NCBI GenBank assembly: GCA_020429495.1 | Contig: JAGQLJ010000002.1 | Span: forward strand, 1-39,642 | From: Candidatus Dojkabacteria bacterium | Lineage (GTDB): Bacteria > Patescibacteriota > Dojkabacteria > J137 | DNA length: 39,642 nt | Reading direction: 5' to 3' | Shown: piece after piece, positions 9,301 through 16,632 of the stretch | Layout of the letters: the number at the start of each line of letters is the position of its first letter | Position numbering within the stretch: the first letter of the stretch is position 1 | Translations under genes and position numbers: made by a program | The notes under the pieces: model-generated | Told to the model about the DNA's origin: nothing | Database searches by the model: none | What the model saw: only the letters and a program-made list of their open reading frames with translations

Positions 9301-11892
9301 TCCTGTATTTTTTGCATCAAAAACTAAAATTACTTCTTGATATGTATATAAATCATTTGGAAATGTATTTAGAGAATAGGTAGAGATGATATTTGCATTT
9401 GATATGTAATCATCATTTATATATTCAATTCCATAATATAAATCCACAATTCCAGAACCGGTGTTATCTGGATCATTAATTAAAATATCATCTTTAACTG
9501 TACTAGAAATATTTCCTGCCTCGTCTTTAAATCTTACAAAAACTGTTGCTAGACCTTCTGTTATTCCTAAATTAATTGAATTTAGTTCAATACTTTCAGT
9601 ATTAATTTCGCTAAATTCACTCCAATTTAATCCATCTATACTATAAGAGTAATAAACTGGATTATCAGAATTATTTGAATCTTGAGAAATTACAGCATCT
9701 ACAATACTTAATTGCGTACTTGATTGACCATTATTAATTAAAACACTTCCACTTGGCGCTTTAGTATCTAGAATAATTTGATCACAAGAAAGAGGAGAGA
9801 TATTACCTAATTGGTCTTTAACCTCTACACAAATTTCTTTTAATCCATCAACTGAACCATTCATTAAGTAGTCTGGAAATTCTTGAGTTAATCCAAGTGA
9901 GTCATTCCATTTGCTCCATTCAGATTGTTTGGATTGATTAGTATTTAAATCTTTATATGTATACCGTGCATAATTATCTAAAGAAGCATCAGCTGTTTCT
10001 ACTGTTACACTCTTTTTAATCAAATCTTTTGTTGTGTATTTATCGTTATTATTAATTACAATTGTTGCTTTTGGATTTCTTATAATTAACGTTGCTTGTC
10101 CCACCTCTCGTCTTTGGCTTCCAATACTATTTATATATGTAACTCTAGTTAGTGTTCTTAATACATGACCAGATTTTAATTCAGAATTATTTTCAACTTC
10201 ACCATTAATTAATAAAGTTATTTTTGTATTCTTATCTACATTGCCTAGATTTAGCTGAATAAACTTAACTCCATCAGTATTTATAGTAAGTTCATTTTTT
10301 GAAGTCATACCATTTATTTGAACACTTGCTCCTTCTAAATCTAAGTTTAAGTATTCGGGATAAAAGAATTTTAGAACTAAATCTTTAGTTGGAACTTTTG
10401 TAGGTACTTTTGTTTCAATCTTTAAACTAACTGGAAATCCTTTATTTGTATTAGTTGAGCTAACCCATTCATTTGTTTTGGGATTTAGCACTGTTGTTTT
10501 TGTTGTTACTTTTTCTGTTCTTACTGATTCTGTGTCTGCTTCAGTTGAATTTCCAGATCGATCATCTTCAGTTGAATTCCAATTACTTTCAATCTTGATA
10601 TTGTTACTAAAATTATCTTTAGCAAGTAAATCTGACTCGTTTGAGTAATTTTGCTTTACTAATGCAGTATATTCCAACTCAACCTGTTGACTAAGCCCAA
10701 TATTAGGAACTTGCCAAAATAGAGTAGTTGTACCATCCTCATTTGAGGCTACATTAGCAGCATCAATTGTACTAGAAATAAATTCCAAACCATCTGGAAG
10801 AATGTCTGTTAAAACAACAGAATCAAAACTATAGAATTGAGATGTCTTGATTACAATCTTGTAAGTTATTAGATCTCCAGGATTTACTATAGATTTATCT
10901 GAACTCTTATTTATAGTTATATATTTTGCATTAATACTATCTTGTTTAGATAAATCGATTGTGACTGAATCATCTCCTGTTTCGTATACTGCACTAACAT
11001 TAGTATCAATATTCAATTTTTCATCTTCATTTATAATCTCATCGTTTGATTTAGAGTAAGGGACTCCAATTTTATAAGAGATATTTATTGGATTTTCAAA
11101 ATTATCCTTTTTTAGTTGATCAATAATCCATTGTAAAAATGTTTTTCCATCTGCTTGCTCTTCTGCATTAAACTCAAAGTCTGCAGGATTATCAATATTA
11201 TTTATTAAATCCTCTCTGTTCCATTCAAACTCAACACCATCTTCTAATGTTTCAGATACTGTAACTTTATCATCTACGCTACTATTAACCTCTGGATTAT
11301 TCTTTATTGAAATATTTCTATCTACAGAATCTTCTCCTACTAAAATGTTATTACTAATATTTGTATCAACAGAGTATGCTTTGATTTCTGTAGTTTCTTC
11401 AATTTCTTTAAAAATATCTGATGTAAATATTGGACTGTGAGATGCCTTCGCATTAATTTTAAAATCAACATTATCTCCAATTGCAAAAGTAGGCTCACCT
11501 TCGAATTTTAGCCTTGCAGATACAATAAATTCCTCATCAGGTTGTAAATCTGTAATATTCTCCCAAGCAACTAGATCGTTAGTTTTCTTAGTTGGCTTAA
11601 CTAATTCATTTTCTTCTGGCTCTACTGCTGCATCAAATCTTACTCCGTCTACTAAATTTAAATCTATACCTAAATTATAGACTGGTGTGTCTGTAGTATT
11701 TTTTACTTTAAGCTCTATAATACCAGTGCTACCTAATAAAGGTGGTTCTATAAATTCAGCAGTTAGATCAATTAGGTCTGAATTCTCTAAAATAATAGAG
11801 GCATTTACTGACTGAACAAGAGGACCAAATAGAGTTGAAAGTGTAAAAAGTGAGATGAGAAAAAGCTTTACTATGGTTTTTATGCTTTTCAT
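6301..11892 (-). CDS. giant secreted multidomain peptidoglycan hydrolase: adhesin-like repeats + SH3b + M23 metalloendopeptidase + DUF5648-type repeats + C-terminal CHAP amidase/peptidase
   Basis: 1863 aa. Signal peptide MKSIKTIVKLFLISLFTLSTLFGPLVQSVNA. DUF11-type motif VVLTDILPDGLEFIS at about nt 10770-10810. SH3b-like GWVNIENL and GWLQVLTLDGRSGYVPDSF at about 8525-8590. M23 motifs HTGIDYG at about 8350-8372 and GCHLHFETH at about 8022-8047. Three VYRFWS..HFYT..W.YE.VAFYA repeats. LGFP-like WGFPIGG at about 6950. CHAP catalytic Cys in QCTSYAAWKV at about 6690-6715 and His in GHVAFVE at about 6435-6455. Confidence 0.85.
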   Translation of the reverse strand: MKSIKTIVKLFLISLFTLSTLFGPLVQSVNASIILENSDLIDLTAEFIEPPLLGSTGIIELKVKNTTDTPVYNLGIDLNLVDGVRFDAAVEPEENELVKPTKKTNDLVAWENITDLQPDEEFIVSARLKFEGEPTFAIGDNVDFKINAKASHSPIFTSDIFKEIEETTEIKAYSVDTNISNNILVGEDSVDRNISIKNNPEVNSSVDDKVTVSETLEDGVEFEWNREDLINNIDNPADFEFNAEEQADGKTFLQWIIDQLKKDNFENPINISYKIGVPYSKSNDEIINEDEKLNIDTNVSAVYETGDDSVTIDLSKQDSINAKYITINKSSDKSIVNPGDLITYKIVIKTSQFYSFDSVVLTDILPDGLEFISSTIDAANVASNEDGTTTLFWQVPNIGLSQQVELEYTALVKQNYSNESDLLAKDNFSNNIKIESNWNSTEDDRSGNSTEADTESVRTEKVTTKTTVLNPKTNEWVSSTNTNKGFPVSLKIETKVPTKVPTKDLVLKFFYPEYLNLDLEGASVQINGMTSKNELTINTDGVKFIQLNLGNVDKNTKITLLINGEVENNSELKSGHVLRTLTRVTYINSIGSQRREVGQATLIIRNPKATIVINNNDKYTTKDLIKKSVTVETADASLDNYARYTYKDLNTNQSKQSEWSKWNDSLGLTQEFPDYLMNGSVDGLKEICVEVKDQLGNISPLSCDQIILDTKAPSGSVLINNGQSSTQLSIVDAVISQDSNNSDNPVYYSYSIDGLNWSEFSEINTESIELNSINLGITEGLATVFVRFKDEAGNISSTVKDDILINDPDNTGSGIVDLYYGIEYINDDYISNANIISTYSLNTFPNDLYTYQEVILVFDAKNTGTIPWYPEGTIANPTNLSYHWFNVDTGSYYVWNGNRAHLSTMVQSNSIYNDVRLNVLTPDKPGKYILELDAVHEGVTWFATQGVQTYKINLEIKDILADDDFGNVLGDYTNNDDFGWGEYAPVVCTLKSESDLLIAPGADTLVVHAKNSAVYAFNYNNDYAQVLFKPNTVGWVNIENLNCEKDLSTTLPNLLTNDTYREKAFVCDARRTEMRTNPSWDSNIIEYLNLNQEIYILEELPSTKGDGWLQVLTLDGRSGYVPDSFICITKDGQVYNWIDYVEFVRPYDDPGTDPNGDYYDIDITSDFGGRDGTYHTGIDYGLYCGSELYAAASGIVLYTSTDGIAIGNNSTPETPANYVIIEHQSNPDPETGEVYKFQTRYWHLDQVYVVPGQNVAQGQAIGTSGNTGYVRGNEDSEYEPKGCHLHFETHRLNSDGSAYPIDPELLFQYGEIDSPVILGLSELGDFGYGNSEINPIVWSKLKPVYRFWSPIYNGHFYTIFEDEKNDVINYMSSHWQYERVAFYAYEPIESETPPKGTLPVYRFWSDSLSAHFYTMSEGEKNIVLAGKKGDWKYEKVAFYAYPNLEPYTANVHRFWSNPYANHFYTISDSEKEYVQQKWPTTWTYEHIAFYAIPDFNYARYAITQKILNDTDHRYSNPSNYCGIEKYEVHKVSGEFIGDIYFSSKLNDFVYILQKDYYRAAFYDDLEGTSECDLLGIPTMQYPNNAAKSPQGTKGTYQMYERGGIYHNNKFKSTWAVYGNIFEQYEKWGDENGQKGTRSKWGFPIGGVHLDENSGRLCQDFETRWICGESICTSDQIWSNDSKSCQVLSCNEFERMDNGVCIDLNLINTYPSSLADTSSADYWNFIIKQCTSYAAWKVNELKGTTNPGQSIEYYFFSNSMKGPNGLTGKFGNANTWDDNARYIGFTVQSFPEKNTVAVFEGSISNPVTGSVYTGPVGHVAFVEYVFSNGDILISEYNGWPNTHAFGTRILSPGDWRWPSSFIKF
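7411..7872 (-). repeat. three tandem ~55-codon coding repeats (DUF5648-type, YRFW..HFYT..W.YE..AFYA) inside the giant hydrolase
   Basis: The protein reads KPVYRFWSPIYNGHFYTIFEDEKNDV..WQYERVAFYAY, then LPVYRFWSDSLSAHFYTMSEGEKNIV..WKYEKVAFYAY, then NVHRFWSNPYANHFYTISDSEKEYV..WTYEHIAFYAI. Confidence 0.8.
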
Positions 11893-11937
11893 TTATATAC
11901 AATAAATGCATGAAGTATATAGAAGCTTTCAAATAAT

Positions 11938-11960
11938 AACATTGTATTACAATACAAATT
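11938..11960. promoter_or_regulatory. second copy of the 23-bp palindromic motif (AACATTGTATTACAATACAAATT)
   Basis: 22 of 23 positions identical to 5608-5630. It lies 46-68 nt upstream of the ATG (11892) of the giant hydrolase gene, a position typical of an operator or activator site near the -35. Confidence 0.5.
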
Positions 11961-12049
11961 TCTGAAAAATTAAAAATGATAAATTAAAGGTTAAAAATAT
12001 AATTTATGAATAATATAAAGATATTTCTAAGATAGACTTTTTTCAGAAA

Positions 12050-12098
12050 CTGCGAGGAATGAATCCCGATTCATCGGGATGAAAGACGTGGCAGTCCC
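12050..12098 (+). repeat. structured intergenic repeat, family B: CTGCGAGGA-[hairpin]-GACGTGGCAGTCCC
   Basis: The flanks CTGCGAGGA and GACGTGGCAGTCCC recur in inverted orientation at 20426-20463. Here the centre carries the perfect inverted repeat ATCCCGAT/ATCGGGAT (12063-12080). CTGC/GCAG can close an outer stem. Confidence 0.5.
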
Positions 12099-12252
12099 CC
12101 ATACATTATTAGATAATATTAACCGCCTACGAACGATGGCTACCTTCCTTTATGTTAAATTCTTAAATGTTTATTAGAAACTTCAGTCCATAGAATCATC
12201 ACATAGGTATTTATTTCGTACTTTTGTGGGCACAAAAGTACTGCAAAAAGCC

Positions 12253-12322
12253 TTGGGGTGATAGAATGCCCTTCTCGAGCTTAATCTCAATCTACCAGTT
12301 ATTCGGTACTCTATCACCCCAA
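12253..12322 (+). other. candidate structured RNA element in the photolyase 5' region (13-bp long-range stem TTGGGGTGATAGA / TCTATCACCCCAA enclosing 44 nt)
   Basis: 12253-12265 is the exact reverse complement of 12310-12322. It is preceded by a 10-bp-stem hairpin GTACTTTTGT-GGGC-ACAAAAGTAC at 12218-12241 and ends 45 nt before the ATG at 12368. Confidence 0.3.
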
Positions 12323-12367
12323 ACCCCACATGCTAGTTGAAATTCTTTTCGAATGATACACTAGATT

Positions 12368-13741
12368 ATGTCCACTTTTCTCAAAAAAAGAATAAAAAAA
12401 TTAAACTCAGCAGAGGTTAAAGATGGCAAAAGTATTCTTTATATTATGTCACGTGATCAACGAGTTAAAGATAATCACGCATTAGCTGCTGCACTTAATC
12501 ACGCACAAAGTTTAAATCTTCCACTAATTGTTTGTTTTAATGTTTATACACAGATTGAGAATAGAGCTAAGAATCAATATATTTGGATGTTTGAAGGGTT
12601 AAAAAAATTAGAGAAAGATTTAAAAGACAAAGATATACCATTTGTAATTGAAATAGGAAAAGCTGTTAAAGCATACAAACACTGGGAAGAAGAATTTAAA
12701 CCGGCTGCAATATACTTTGACTTTTCACCATTAAAGGGACCAAGAAGCACTAAAAAAGAGTTTGCAGATAAATCTAGCACTCCTTGTTATGTTGTAGATA
12801 CACATAATATTGTGCCTGTTTGGGAAGCAAGCGACAAACACGAGACTGCTGCAAGAACAATAAGGCCAAAGCTTTTTAAAAAGCTGGAAGAATATTTTAT
12901 TGAACCAGACAAAATAAAAAAGAATCCTATTAAATCTAAGTTTAAAATTGATAATCCAAGCTGGGATCAAATTATAAAAAAGATAAAGGCAGAAGAATTA
13001 AGCGACTACACTCCAATTGTAAAATCAGGTGAAGATGAAGCTCTAAAGCATTTAAATCATTTTATAAAAAATAAACTAAAAGATTATCCAGAAGATAGAA
13101 ATGAACCTGTAAAAGATGGACAATCAAATTTGAGTGCATACTTACACTTTGGTCAGATTTCAAGTCTCAGAGTGCTTTTAGAAATTGCAAAGCAAAAAGA
13201 TATTAATCCAGATCAAATAACTGAGCATAAACTTTCAAAAGCTTTGGTAAACGAGATGTTTGTTTGGAAAGAACTATCTGATAATTTTTGCTATTACAAA
13301 AAGGATTATGACAATATTCATGGAGCAAGTGAATGGGCTATAAAAAGTTTGGACAAGCATAGAAAAGATGAAAGAGATTCTGTTTACACTCTGGAAGAGC
13401 TAGAAAAACTTAGAACTCATGACGATGCATGGAATGCAGCTCAAAACCAGATGATGAAAACAGGAAAAATGCATGGATATATGAGAATGTATTGGGCTAA
13501 AAAAGTCTTAGAATGGTCTAGCGAGCCGGAAATCGCTATTAAAAATGCAATAATTTTAAATGATAAGTACGAGCTTGATGGCTATGATCCAAATGGTTAT
13601 GCAGGAATTATGTGGAGTATTGCAGGAGTTCATGATCATGGATGGACTGAACGAGATATATTCGGAAAAATTAGGTACATGAATTTTGAGGGACTTAAAA
13701 GAAAATTTGATATTGAGGCATATATTAATAAATGGCTATAG
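12368..13741 (+). CDS. phr: deoxyribodipyrimidine (CPD) photolyase, class II
   Basis: 457 aa. N-terminal photolyase alpha/beta region (RDQRVKDNHAL). C-terminal FAD-binding signature typical of class II enzymes: GKMHGYMRMYWAKKVLEWS ... DPNGYAGIMWSIAGVHDHGW. Confidence 0.9.
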   Translation: MSTFLKKRIKKLNSAEVKDGKSILYIMSRDQRVKDNHALAAALNHAQSLNLPLIVCFNVYTQIENRAKNQYIWMFEGLKKLEKDLKDKDIPFVIEIGKAVKAYKHWEEEFKPAAIYFDFSPLKGPRSTKKEFADKSSTPCYVVDTHNIVPVWEASDKHETAARTIRPKLFKKLEEYFIEPDKIKKNPIKSKFKIDNPSWDQIIKKIKAEELSDYTPIVKSGEDEALKHLNHFIKNKLKDYPEDRNEPVKDGQSNLSAYLHFGQISSLRVLLEIAKQKDINPDQITEHKLSKALVNEMFVWKELSDNFCYYKKDYDNIHGASEWAIKSLDKHRKDERDSVYTLEELEKLRTHDDAWNAAQNQMMKTGKMHGYMRMYWAKKVLEWSSEPEIAIKNAIILNDKYELDGYDPNGYAGIMWSIAGVHDHGWTERDIFGKIRYMNFEGLKRKFDIEAYINKWL

Positions 13742-13742
13742 C

Positions 13743-14573
13743 TTATTGTACTTCAATGCCAAAATGATTATAGAAGTCTTCAATTGCAACTTTTGCTCTT
13801 CTAACTTTTTTAGGAAAGCAGTCCATTAAATCTTCCCAGGTGCTATCTCGATTTATTTTATAAAGTTTTTCTAGAAAGTTTTGAACTCTTTGTTGATTAG
13901 CAAAACCATATCTATCAACAAATTGTCCCCATATAGAATTCCCTCTAAGTCCTGGATTTTCAACATCAAATAAACTTTCTTCGAAACTTTTAGGAAATTG
14001 AGAAAGGTACCCTCTCGTATTATTTAACCAAGAAACACTTTCAACCCATTTTGCATCTGGGTGATTTTTTGTAATATGCTCAAACATTAATTGGAAATTT
14101 CTTACCCTTTCTGCCAGATAATCTTCTTGAAATGGACCAATTTCTCCTCTTGCACTTGGTAAAAAATGAATTTTTATACTTTTATCGAAACTTCCATCAG
14201 GATTAACAACTTTCCAGATATCATAGGAGCAAGTTATAAATTTTCTGGTATCAGGATTTAACTCACTATATTCTGCTACATGTGCTTCATAATTTGAATC
14301 AGGTCTTTTGGTATACGCATCCCATAATGTTTGACATAAATCTCCAAAGTATATTGCACTATCCCAGATGGCGTTAGAGTTGTCTACATTTTTATCTCCA
14401 GTAACTCTTCTAAACAGTGCGGTATTTTGTCTTAAAGATTCTTCAAGTGAAATTCCTGTAAGAAGGGCTGCTTTTGCTGCAAATGCTACTTGAACATCAA
14501 AGTATTCTCTAGGATATTCAAGTACGTTCACTTCGCTAGGGTCTTTGTCTTTCGGCTCGTCAAAATTGCTCAT
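13743..14573 (-). CDS. hypothetical cytoplasmic protein, 276 aa
   Basis: Clean ORF with no competing frame and no motif I can name with confidence. Its stop (13743-13745) is 1 nt from the photolyase stop (13739-13741). Confidence 0.6.
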   Translation of the reverse strand: MSNFDEPKDKDPSEVNVLEYPREYFDVQVAFAAKAALLTGISLEESLRQNTALFRRVTGDKNVDNSNAIWDSAIYFGDLCQTLWDAYTKRPDSNYEAHVAEYSELNPDTRKFITCSYDIWKVVNPDGSFDKSIKIHFLPSARGEIGPFQEDYLAERVRNFQLMFEHITKNHPDAKWVESVSWLNNTRGYLSQFPKSFEESLFDVENPGLRGNSIWGQFVDRYGFANQQRVQNFLEKLYKINRDSTWEDLMDCFPKKVRRAKVAIEDFYNHFGIEVQ

Positions 14574-14666
14574 GAGTTTAATTTTAATGTGGGATTATAT
14601 CATCAATATCACTGGAAAAGTATTTCAATTCAAGATAAACTTTCCCAAGTGACTTTTAATTAAATA

Positions 14667-15452
14667 ATGAGACTTTTTAAAGAATATATTTATCCTAGAT
14701 TAATTCTAGATTTAATAACATTTTTTGTGCCATTAATGGCGGTAGGGATTATTGCAGCAAGATTAAACATCTTTTCTTTTGGTGTTTGGCTTGGAATTTT
14801 TGCAAACTACTTAATGCTAGCATTCGCATTTATATATAATGATGTTGAAGATGCTGAAGATGATGCAAAATATCAGTTTGAAGCTTTAGGAATTTTGACT
14901 CATTTAAAAATGAATCTTGGTTTACATGAGCAAAAACCGGGATTCAGAAGATTTCAAAATCCTTTTTCTAATGGAATGTTAACCAGGGCAGATGGGTTTA
15001 ACTTATTGATAAGTATAATAATAATCTCAGTAGTAATTAGTTTTTTAGTTGGTGGTTTTTATGGATTTTTAATAGCACTTACAAATCTTGTGATTGGAAT
15101 TTTATACTCAGGCGGAGTAGTAAGATTTAAAGCATATGCACTTTTAGATGTTCTTTCGCATTGCTATTTATTAGCAGGTGTACAAGTTTTGTACTTTTTT
15201 ACATACAATGAAGCGAGAGTAGACTTATTTTCTTTTGTTCTACTTGCTGGAGCAATGCTTTATTCGGTTGGTGGAGATCTTTGGAATGAATATAGAGATT
15301 TTGATGAAGATAAAGCAGCAGGACTTAAAAATACAGCAAGTTATCTTGGCAAACAGAATACTAATTTAGCTAGCAAAGTTTTAACAATTGGTTCTCTTTT
15401 ACTTTCAGCAACTATATCTGGTTATATACTAATATCTCCATACATATTTTAG
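14667..15452 (+). CDS. UbiA-family integral membrane prenyltransferase
   Basis: Polytopic 261-aa protein with the two Asp-rich motifs of the family: NDVEDAEDD after TM2 and DLWNEYRDFDEDKAAG in the second half. Confidence 0.75.
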   Translation: MRLFKEYIYPRLILDLITFFVPLMAVGIIAARLNIFSFGVWLGIFANYLMLAFAFIYNDVEDAEDDAKYQFEALGILTHLKMNLGLHEQKPGFRRFQNPFSNGMLTRADGFNLLISIIIISVVISFLVGGFYGFLIALTNLVIGILYSGGVVRFKAYALLDVLSHCYLLAGVQVLYFFTYNEARVDLFSFVLLAGAMLYSVGGDLWNEYRDFDEDKAAGLKNTASYLGKQNTNLASKVLTIGSLLLSATISGYILISPYIF

Positions 15453-15517
15453 ATATCTCAAATATTTATTGTTTTCTGCGTATAATATGATAATATCTAC
15501 GCGTTTAATAATAAAAG

Positions 15518-15934
15518 ATGACAGAGAATGGTAACGAACTCTTTGTGAATTTTGTTGAGTCAATAATGACTGGATTGAGATCAGTCGATATTATGGTTCA
15601 ACTTAATGCTAAAAGACGATTATACGAAAAAAGTCTCAATGATCCGGATATAGCTAAAAAATTTGGTGGTGTACAGAGTGCAATTCAAAAGCATATAGAT
15701 GATTATAAGAACCAGTTGGTTGAAGAGAAAACAGGTAGTACAACTACTGCTATTCCTCAGGACAGAGCAGAAAGAATTGCAGCAAGACTTGCTCAAAAAG
15801 AAAATGAGACTCAAAACTTAAGGGATTTAATTGATGCTGCTGCAAAAAAAACTCCAACATATATAGAACGAAATGGATATACAAATGAACCAACTTTTCC
15901 TACAGATGAAGAGGGCAATCCGCTAGAATCATAA
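15518..15934 (+). CDS. hypothetical protein, 138 aa, helical/charged
   Basis: ORF in the track with coding-like composition. No motif recognised. Confidence 0.5.
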   Translation: MTENGNELFVNFVESIMTGLRSVDIMVQLNAKRRLYEKSLNDPDIAKKFGGVQSAIQKHIDDYKNQLVEEKTGSTTTAIPQDRAERIAARLAQKENETQNLRDLIDAAAKKTPTYIERNGYTNEPTFPTDEEGNPLES

Positions 15935-15972
15935 TTTAGCTAAAAGCTAGAAGCTCGTGGCTAGCAGCTAAA
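15935..15972 (+). repeat. GCTAG-rich intergenic hairpin, family C (TTTAGCT-aaaa-GCTAG-aagctcgtgg-CTAGC-AGCTAAA)
   Basis: Starts immediately after the stop at 15932-15934. 7+5 bp stem. The core GCTAGAAGCTCGTGGCTAGCAGC (15946-15968) matches 20498-20520 at 19 of 23 positions. A shortened inverted copy lies at 29605-29620. Confidence 0.5.
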
Positions 15973-15990
15973 CCATGGTATTCTGTATTC

Positions 15991-16602
15991 ATGCAAATAA
16001 CTTCTATTGTTCAGCAAAAGAGAAACGAAGATAACGTTAATCTATTTTTAGATAACAAATTCTGGTGTTCTATTTCTAAAGATACTCTTTTAGAATTTCA
16101 ACTTCATAAAGGTAAAACAATTACTCAAGATCAAAAACAAGAGTTAGAAAAACTTTCTTCCGAAAATTTTATAAAAGAAAAAGCTTTAAAATATATATTC
16201 ATTAGGCCAAGAAGCAAAAAAGAACTTTATGACTATTTGGTTTACAAAAAAGATTTTGAAAAAGAATCTGTAGAGATTGTATTAACTAAACTTGAATCTA
16301 AAGGTACTGTAAACGATACAGAATTTGCAAAATGGTTTGTTTCTCAAAGATTAATTAGTAATAAGTACGGAGAGCAAAGAATTAGAAATGATTTAATTAA
16401 AAAAGGAATTTCTAAAAATCTTATAGATATTTCACTAAAAGAATTAGTTAAGAAAGATGATCAAATAGAGAAAATAAAAGAGCTTATAAAGAAATTTGAA
16501 AAAGAGATTAAAGAGGAAGATGTATATAAGAAGAAGCAGAAAATAACTAGGCGTTTATTATCTAGAGGATTTAGTTATGACGATATTAAGAAAGAGCTAT
16601 AG
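15991..16602 (+). CDS. recX: RecA regulator RecX
   Basis: 203 aa with the repeated three-helix pattern typical of RecX: ALKYIFIRPRSKKELYDYL.., VLTKLESKGTVNDTEFAKWFVSQR, GEQRIRNDLIKKGISKNLI, and a C-terminal RRLLSRGFSYDDI. Confidence 0.7.
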   Translation: MQITSIVQQKRNEDNVNLFLDNKFWCSISKDTLLEFQLHKGKTITQDQKQELEKLSSENFIKEKALKYIFIRPRSKKELYDYLVYKKDFEKESVEIVLTKLESKGTVNDTEFAKWFVSQRLISNKYGEQRIRNDLIKKGISKNLIDISLKELVKKDDQIEKIKELIKKFEKEIKEEDVYKKKQKITRRLLSRGFSYDDIKKEL

Positions 16603-16632
16603 CTTGTAGCTTTCTTCCCAATACTATAAACT

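Noticed and set aside
12050-12098. Hammerhead ribozyme or RNase P RNA fragment (..AUGA-[hairpin]-GAAAG.. and GAGGAAUGAAUCC resembling GAGGAAAGUCC)
   Set aside because: The essential hammerhead core CUGAUGA is absent (the sequence reads GGAAUGA). No RNase P conserved regions (such as ACAGAA..GGCUUA) follow. The same flanks recur at 20426-20463 with a different core, so the element behaves as a repeat.
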